A DNA stretch of 61,804 nucleotides, the filler included, from Basidiobolus ranarum (lineage: Eukaryota), in assembly GCA_040143965.1 (NCBI GenBank). It is 5 parts of 5 records of this genome, joined end to end, with 100 filler letters (N's around TTAATTAATTAA, not from the genome) between each part and the next. Parts side by side here need not be neighbours in the genome. Positions count along the whole stretch, not along the records: positions 49,553 to 61,804 come from JASJQH010000556.1; 4 more parts are not named here. One strand, 5' to 3'. Shown here one piece after another: positions 52,192 through 61,804 of this stretch. Under the pieces are notes generated by a model. That model was given only the letters and a program-made list of their open reading frames with translations, was not told the DNA's origin and searched no databases. The translations under genes and the position numbers were made by a program. Each line of letters starts with the position of its first letter. Positions within the stretch are counted from its first letter, which is position 1.

Positions 52192-53058
52192 ATGGCTGAT
52201 AAGACAGTTAACAACGAGACAAAAGGTAAAGAAAGCTCTATTATCAGTCAGCACAAATGATTTAGTCTGCATCATATTGGATTTATTGAGTGATAATGCT
52301 TTTTAGAAACCTTTGAAGAGTTGCCTATCATTAATAATGGTAGTGTAAATGAGCTTCGAATCGCATGTGATGAGTGTCTATCGAAAGTGAGTATCCTATT
52401 TGTATTAACAAAAATGTTTCTGATATTTTTCTAATATTTATCGTTTGAAATACCAGTTTCTCACGGAAAAACTTGGCTATGAGGAAGATCATCAACATAG
52501 CAACACTAAACTTCTATGTGGTTACATAGCATGTGCCTTTGCTGCTATGTCAGTATTTGTTAGCTATAAACTGGACTTCCAGGAGTCTAAATTACTAGTT
52601 GCCGTTTGTGTCATTGGGTAAGGGAATAACATTTGCATAGAAAATGAAATGGACCTTCTTAACATATTTAATTATCATATTATTAGATACTTTATTTTCA
52701 GCAGTTCTATGAGTCTTTACACTTGGAAAGTTCAACAAAACGAGATTTTTGAAGGGCAGCATCGAGAGTCTAAACTTAGGGTAAGCTTAACTGTGAAAAT
52801 GCACAATATACCGCGATACTAATTTCACCATACTCTAATTCAAAACAGTTGAAAGTGAGCGTCGTCACTAAGCCTTATAGCCCAACCTATCAAATGTCTA
52901 TGAAATTGATTGTACCCAAGACAGGAAAATCAGTGGAGCAACAAGTCAATCAAAGTTTCACTGCTTGGTTTGACAAGGAGGGCCATTTCGCAGAAGATTT
53001 ATTCAAACATGACGTTGAATTACTTTTATCTCAATGTGAAGGGAAACTTCAGGATTAA
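52192..53058 (+). CDS. SPC2: Signal peptidase complex subunit SPC2/SPC25 (5 exons)
   Basis: 'INNGSVNELRIACDE', 'GYEEDHQHSNTKLLCGY', two TM helices, 'FTAWFDKEGHF'. Confidence 0.85.
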
Positions 53059-53377
53059 TGGAGTAGGAATCACTTTCTTTCATTTATAAACACTCAATTA
53101 CTGCTTTATTACTTCCAATTGCCCTGGCCTATCGTTGACACTCTTTCATGATGATGTTGAATCTGTTCAATCGGGTGGTCAACACTATATCCATTTGTGA
53201 ATTCAATATGATCGATCACGAAAATATCGTCTACCTTTGTGTGAGTTTTATATACAATATCTTTCCTGCACGGATAGTAGAAATAAAATGAATTCATTAC
53301 GAGATAGCGAACTTGAATATGGGAATAGGTTTCTGAAAGAAATCCCGAGTCTGTGTTCTCCTGTAGGCAGTGCGTCT

Positions 53378-54780
53378 TTACCACAACTTCCTTCTTAGCG
53401 CTCTCACAGTTCTTGAAATCCATTTGTTACGAGCCATCATCCCAATAAGCACCAAGATGATTACTATTAAGACACCACTTCTAGCTCCACCTCGCGTCAA
53501 CTGCTGAAACCAACGTTGTACCCATTTTTTCGCATTCTGGTTGCTAATTGTACCCTTTGGTGGAATAGAAGATGAAGCTGGAGTGGGTGTGGGTGTTGCT
53601 GAAGTGTCATTTGGGTTTACTTCTACTGACGGATCTGTCTCCAATGTAGATGTATCCTTCGATTGTGTCACGGACGCCTGCTGTGTTGGTACAGTTTTGA
53701 TGATAGTTCCAGCAACTTTGTCTGAGTAGTTCGAAGCATGCCCAATAGCCATTTTAGAACAGTTAGACAACCCATTAATACTTGATCTTTTACGTGGTTT
53801 TAATGAGCGTTGATATAACTTTTCAAGTCGTTGCTGATATGTCTATGTACAATATGTTACTAAAGGTAGCTATATCAAGGTAAGCAAACATGGATATTAC
53901 CTCTTTTCTTGAAATTGAAATTACTGTATTATAAACCAAGAAATCCCGTGCTGTCTCCCACTCTGATAACTTTGGTAAAACATGTAAAACATACAGCTCC
54001 ACAATTTTTTCATAACTTGGCCATAACCTAGATATCTCAGTATCCTTAAGGATATTATCTCCACTATGAGTAGACTCAATCTCTAGACGTAGAGTTTCAA
54101 GATTACAAATCAAAGCATCCGGTAAAGCACAGAACCAACGCTCGATAATATCTCGAGCCTGAGATTCCAAATTTCTGTTAAGATACAGAAGAATGCTATG
54201 ATTAGCAAAATAAAAAGGGTCATTAATAAACTATCTACCAAAAAAGACGAAAGTCACATGTAAAAAAGCATCCAAGATAAACCTACCAAGCAATAGTTAC
54301 CTCCACATCCACTTCACTTTCTACGCCACTATAAGAGTCGACAATTTTATTCCAAATTGTTGTAACATCTAAGCCCTCTTGTTTCCCACTAGTTTGCTGC
54401 TTTAAAAGTCCATTTTTCGACCGGTTTTGTTGTTCTTGTCTTTCTTTGTTCCCAAATATGTTGATATAAAGAACCCAAAGTTTGGGTCGTAATTCAAGTA
54501 ATTCGGTTGGCAAGGAAGATTCTTGTGGAGTAGAGGTAGACCAAACTTCAAGTTCATAATGAAGTTTGTCTAAAGCATCTAAGCAAGTGGACCAAGCAGG
54601 TCCGTATTGCCTGAGCAAGAAAACCCTACTAGCTTTTTGTTGAAGAGAACGAATCATAGAGAATTTCGCACTAGGAGAAACAATTGTTGGTGGGTTGTGA
54701 TGTGGGCATTTGGCATCAAGCTTTAAAGGCATGAAATTATTAGAGAGTGAGTTATCAGTAGAGGATACTAAAGGTGGCAT
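53378..54780 (-). CDS. PEX26: Peroxin Pex26-like tail-anchored protein (3' end uncertain; may splice on to about 53109)
   Basis: 'QKASRVFLLRQY..A', 'ARDIIERWF', 'YEKIVELYVLHVLPKLSEWETARDFL', C-terminal TM followed by basic residues. Confidence 0.7.
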
Positions 54781-55377
54781 AAAGAGAGAGGAATGTAAAG
54801 AGAATAGGTTCAGTTGTATTAAACTACTATGTAAATGTACAGTAAACTGAGGAGTTGAGTAAAAATAGTAATGCTATCGTGGATAAAAGGCTTTAAGTCA
54901 AAAATTGAGCTAAAAGGGAAAGAATAAGACTGGTAATGTTATAATGGAATTAAAGTAGTCAAGAGGAGTGGAACAATGATGCAATATGGAACAAATCCCA
55001 TCCCAACTCACACCCAACCAACAACTTTCAATCGACACTACTAGTTATATTGAAATGTATTGATATATATATGAAAACAGATAAATGAATGCAGATCTTT
55101 TTAGGCTTTTTATTTGACACGTACAGATGTAACAGGTAACAAACAAGAATCGGTGGATGAATGCTCCAAAGATAATCAGAATACTGATTTTGAAGTCTTG
55201 ATCGATTTATATCGAAAATAGCCTTTGAAATAGCCACAAATGCAGATTTAGAGGTATTAATAGGGGTGTGGGTTGTGTAATCATCAAATGAGCTTAAGGT
55301 TAGCTGAATGAGTAAAATAATCATTATATACGAAAAATGAATGTACGACAATAAGTAAATGCTATATGCTCTATGCT

Positions 55378-57383
<2,006 letters not shown>

Positions 57384-57833
57384 TGGAGGACAATATAGAC
57401 GTAAAGTAACAGTCGTATATAATCAGAACTTGAATGTAGTTTATTGTTATCGAAGTAGAAAAAATTCCCTTTTTCTCAAAAAATCATTTGGTGACTGTAA
57501 ATTTTCGGTTGTCAAATATAGTACACATTTGGTGTAATAAATTCCTTGAATTGAAATAATTTTCTCACCAACATCTACATTTTATCTGCGGAAATCACTC
57601 GATATGAATTACAGGGGTCCTCAGTACAAGTGTTTAACTTTCTCATCATCAGAGTTGCCATCTTCCTTTGTAATTGAAGCTATAATGTAAAATCAATTAT
57701 ACTATTTATTTAAACCCATGTCAAACAATTCACTCTGATTAGGGTAGAGACATTATGATATAAATTGAAATTTCAGTAAAGCGTGTCCTTTCTCCCTCCA
57801 ACACTTTGATCTTCCTCTTCAGAAACTGATAAA

Positions 57834-58422
57834 ATGGGTCGTATGCACACTCCCGGTAAAGGTATTTCCTCCTCTGCGATTCCTTATCGCCGTACCCCCC
57901 CTAGCTGGGTCAAAACTTCCCCCGAGGAAGTATGCGAACATATTTGCAAACTTGCCAAGAAGGGTTTGACTCCTTCCCAAATCGGTGTTCTTCTCCGTGA
58001 TTCTCATGGTATCCCTCAAGTTAGAACTGTTACTGGTAACAAAGTTCTCCGTATCCTCAAGGGTAACGGATTAGCTCCTGAGATCCCAGAAGATTTGTAC
58101 CATCTTATCAAGAAAGCCGTTTCTGTTCGTAAGCACTTGGAGCGTAACAGAAAGGATTGTGATTCCAAATACCGTTTGATTCTCATTGAATCCAGAATCC
58201 ACCGTTTGGCTCGTTACTACAAGACAGCTGGACAACTTGCACCCAACTGGAAATAGTATCCTTTTTATTTTGAATCTTGTATTATTATGTACATACAAAT
58301 TACCAGTTATTGGACAGTACTCAGAGTTCGAGATATATCTCTTGCTCGGTATTAGTCTACCTTAATTCAACTCTTTTCTACTAACTAGTGAATCCTCCAC
58401 TGCCTCTGCTTTAGTTGCCTAA
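57834..58422 (+). CDS. RPS13: 40S ribosomal protein S13 (uS15); one intron 58256-58388
   Basis: '[18 protein letters not shown]...[16 protein letters not shown]...[15 protein letters not shown]'. Confidence 0.97.
58256..58388 (+). other. Probable U12-type (minor) GT-AG intron
   Basis: 5' splice site GTATCCTTT matches the U12 consensus; CCTTAAT at 58360-58366, about 23 nt before the AG. Confidence 0.8.
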
Positions 58423-58955
58423 ATATCTAGGAGAACCGTTGAGAAGTCATCCAAATGGTAGAGAAGTCCATCTATCTGTGTTGAGGCCATCATCAAAGTT
58501 CACGAACAATGACCAAATTCGGGTAAATTATTTAACTTGTATCTTAGCCAATATACATAATTATCAATAAAGTCTTTTGTTCAACTCAACTTTCACATGA
58601 TTACTCATATTTACAACCTGAGTTTCATCAGTTCTGACTATTTTAATTCATAAATGGAACAAGTAATTGTAGACATGCTTCCATTCACTGGATGAATTAG
58701 TGCCCTAAAACCACGACATTCCAATCCATGACGCATTGATTTCGACTTCCGATTGGATCCTCGATAATAACTGTACAAGTATATCTCAGATGAACATTTC
58801 CAATGCCTATTATTAACTAGTTACTCGAGATCCAAATAGGATTCCAAGAAATAGGGTATCTTCCCTAATATTAGAGGTGATAACAGTTAAAGTTCAAATG
58901 ATGTTGAAATTTATTAAAAAAAAGATTACCTTTTCATACTTGGTTAACTTTCAAA

Positions 58956-61057
58956 ATGGACTCTGGTGTTGAAGTTATAAAGGAAATAGATAATTCTTTA
59001 CCAAAAGGAGACTCCCTTGAAAACTCCTTCAATAGTTCCACTAAAAATATCTCGAAAACAAACGGTGATGGCTCAGTTGATTTTCATACTATTGAGGAAG
59101 ACGAGGAAACCCCGGAAGTGAAAGCCACAGGTCTCTAAATTTTGTTAGTCTACTTCCAGAGTGTATAATTTTCTAAATATATCTATCTATCTATCTATCT
59201 ATATATATTTGCTTCAATATTACAGATAATAAGAAAAGAAAGAAAGCCTTTGGTGAGAATGGCGACCTCGACGACCATGAATCAGACAAAAGTGCAACCA
59301 TGTTAGATGAGGAGACTGAGGATGAAGATCACGAAGTAAAGGTTCAAAAACACGACATTTATAACTTTGACGAAAACACAAGTATGTATTAGAATTGTGG
59401 CGAAGTAAATTGTGTTTGACCATCTTAGTAACGTTTAATTTTTAGCCTCTTCTACTCCTCGAGGACGCGGAAGAGGGAGAGGCAGAGGTCGCGGTAGAGG
59501 GAAGGGTAGAGGAAGAGGTTCCAGAGGTAGAGGTCGTGGAGGAAAGACCAGAGATGTTGGCGGTAACGATAGTGACAGTCCTTATATTACTTCGGATGAA
59601 GAAGGTCCTTCCAGGATTGTATGTTCGGTGTGTCTCTACGATGATTCACCTAAACACAACAGAATTGTGTTTTGTGACATGTGTAATGTTTGCTTTCATC
59701 AAATCTGCCACGACCCTCGAATCTCTAAATCTGTAGTTGACGAGCCACTTTTAAAATGGTATTGCCGATCATGTTCTCTAAAAAAAATTGCTGAGGAAAT
59801 TGAGTCTATTCCATCTCCTGTTGAAGTGACTCCCGTAAAACCTGAGCCTCGAGTCAAGAAACCCGCCACACCTAAGCCTAAGAAAGAACCAAAGAAAGAG
59901 CCTAAGAAGGAACCTAAGAAAGAACCCAAGAAGGAGCTCAAGAAGCCTAAATCACCCGAGCCAATGTCTCCACCCTCCGCTATTAAGAAGCCTGGTAGAA
60001 GAACGCGTCCCATCCCACTTGAAGTCGATGGAACAGGTCTCACAGAAGATCAGGTACACTTCAACAGTGGCTTATTTGATGAGTATCAACTAATTTTTGC
60101 TATTAGAAATTTGAATATTTTAGATCATTATCTCACAGTCAACTTGTTCGATTAGTTCTTGAGGTTGAATCTAAACATCCAGATTTCCCGTATTTCCCCG
60201 AATCTATCAGACATCCCAAAATTGAGGAGGTCAGCCACATAGACAATAAAGATTCTATGGATGCATCACAATCATCAGCTCACGAGGAGACTGAAGATCT
60301 CGTCAAAGACCAACCTCATGGAGCAACAGAGTCGATCAACGAGTCTGAGAAAGCAAAGGACATTTCGGAACCTGATACTCACATTGCCGACGATAGCATT
60401 GCTCAGGATCCTAAAACAGACATGGAAGTTGACGACATACCAGATCCTGTAGAGACCGATGACAAAGAGACGCGCATCGATGAGTCGGATATTGTACACA
60501 ACTCTCATGATCAAGAATCAACCAAACAAACATTGACAAAGAATGAAGCCGAAACCCTTCCGCCATCGGAGCCACCACTCGAAGAAGTTGTACACCCATC
60601 CAACGAGGAGTCTCAAAACCCCCAAAGTGTAATCAAAGCTGATATATCGCCTGTTACGGAGGATGCTATGGAAGTTGATCAAGTGCCCACAATAGACAAT
60701 TCCACTGATGCGAAGTTGCTTGAGTCTGATACGGCTGCCTCGACAAAATCAGTTGTTGACGCTGAAATTAGTGGAAAGAGTTCGATTACAGCCCTCAAGA
60801 ATGCTCAAATTGAGACCTCCTCCGAGGCTATTGCTGTGGCCAGTGCAATTCAATCGTCAGTCATATCCCAAATCACCCATGATAACGATGCAAAGCCACT
60901 GGAGCCCGCTCAGCCAAATTTAGAAGGCGATTCTCAGAAAATTGAACCAAACTATCCCACCTCTTCCGGCCAAAATGGTGCCGAATCATTATCTACTTTG
61001 ACCCCTCATAATCCCAGCACTCCTGATGGCCCACGTACTGACACTGACGAGGTCTAA
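58956..61057 (+). CDS. PHD-finger chromatin protein with an RG-rich patch, KKEP repeats and acidic tail; Phf1/Phf2-like (tentative)
   Basis: 'CSVCLYDDSPKHNRIVFCDMCNVCFHQICH...WYCRSC' (C4HC3); downstream 'GLTEDQ|KFEYFRSLSHSQLVRLVL...HPDFPYFP'. Confidence 0.78.
59179..59207. repeat. (ATCT)n/(AT)n microsatellite in intron 1 of the PHD gene
   Basis: atatctatctatctatctatctatatata. Confidence 0.9.
59880..59950 (+). repeat. Coding 12-nt repeat (KKEP x4-5)
   Basis: KKEPKKEPKKEPKKEPKKELKKP. Confidence 0.85.
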
Positions 61058-61481
61058 ATGCATCTATTTGTATATTCAAAAACAAAGCTCACGTCTAGGT
61101 AAATATATCGAAAGGTATACTGGTGATGTTGTGAGCTGCATGGTTTGACAATAGTGATTTTTTGTTAACGACAATTTCTATATGTAGTGGCTTGTTCATT
61201 GCTTCGATTGTTATATATCTATCAAACTTTGGCCCAGTCCTATCTATATCTCCGTTGGATTTGAAACGCATCTTGTATCTTCTAATTTTCCCCCTATTTC
61301 TAGATAAAAATAAACACTCAAAATTCAACCAACGAATGTTTACTCGGGATGTTGGTTTATCTGTAATCGATGTCTAGCTTGACAATTACATTGGATCATA
61401 AAGATCTATAAGTCCACTCACAATCTTTAATATGTACAAGTGTTACAAGTTGGAGTTGCATGAGGTTAGGCCTGAATCTAA

Positions 61482-61804
61482 TTATAACAGATCAAACTTG
61501 CCCATAAGTGCTGAGAGTTCGTTCATTATCTCACGCTCGCTGTTTTCATTTGCTTCTCCAACTGATAGATTGACTAGACGACTTTCAAGGTCGTTAAGAT
61601 CTTCCTCTTCAACAACAACCATAGACCCAGTATCTTGGGGCTTACGCTTCAATTCAGTCACATAAAAGTGAAGAATTCGGATCACCTAGCTCGCATATTA
61701 GCATATATTTTCTTTGGTAACCAAACAGTTCATTATCGTAGTTATTTACCTGAGTAATCTGATGAATTAGATGTGTTTTATCCGATTCTACTTCCTCATA
61801 GTCA
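61482..61804 (-). CDS. 3' end of an unidentified gene (last two exons), truncated by window edge
   Basis: 'DYEEVESDKTHLIHQITQ|VIRILHFYVTELKRK...KFDLL*' joined by GTAAAT...CTAG intron 61686-61749. Confidence 0.55.

Overview
This is AT-rich, intron-rich eukaryotic DNA, most likely from an early-diverging fungus. The gene set, the 55-70 nt GT-AG introns with CTAAC-like branch sites, RAD51B and a U12-type intron fit a Zoopagomycota/Mucoromycota-grade fungus such as Basidiobolus, but the taxon is an inference. The window is not one locus. It is five roughly 12.3-kb contigs (1-12332, 12433-24734, 24835-37094, 37195-49452, 49553-61804) joined by artificial N44-TTAATTAATTAA-N44 linkers. It holds about 28 mostly housekeeping genes: two alpha-arrestins, RAD51B, a Rax1-like RGS protein, glyoxalase II, an AA11 LPMO, ATP1, bL21m, ATP4, mL54, ALG14, SAE2/CtIP, MIR1, POP7, COX17, a Crh-type GH16, SPC2, PEX26, a DEAD-box helicase, RPS13 and a PHD protein, among others. 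It also holds a decayed LPMO duplicate, a Crinkler-type NTPase pseudogene, and six copies or fragments of one ~348-bp LTR, three of them solo LTRs with perfect 5-bp TSDs. Three observations stand out. (1) A 4-exon gene joins F-box, ZnF-UBP, DUSP and an acidic tail with no USP catalytic domain, making it a candidate ubiquitin-sensing SCF adaptor. (2) RPS13 has a probable U12-type (minor spliceosome) intron with a long hairpin next to the branch site and a stop codon across the 5' splice junction. (3) A DEAD-box helicase has degenerate RNA-binding motifs and a bacterial RhlE-like C-terminal domain. All family assignments come from manual motif recognition; no searches were run.
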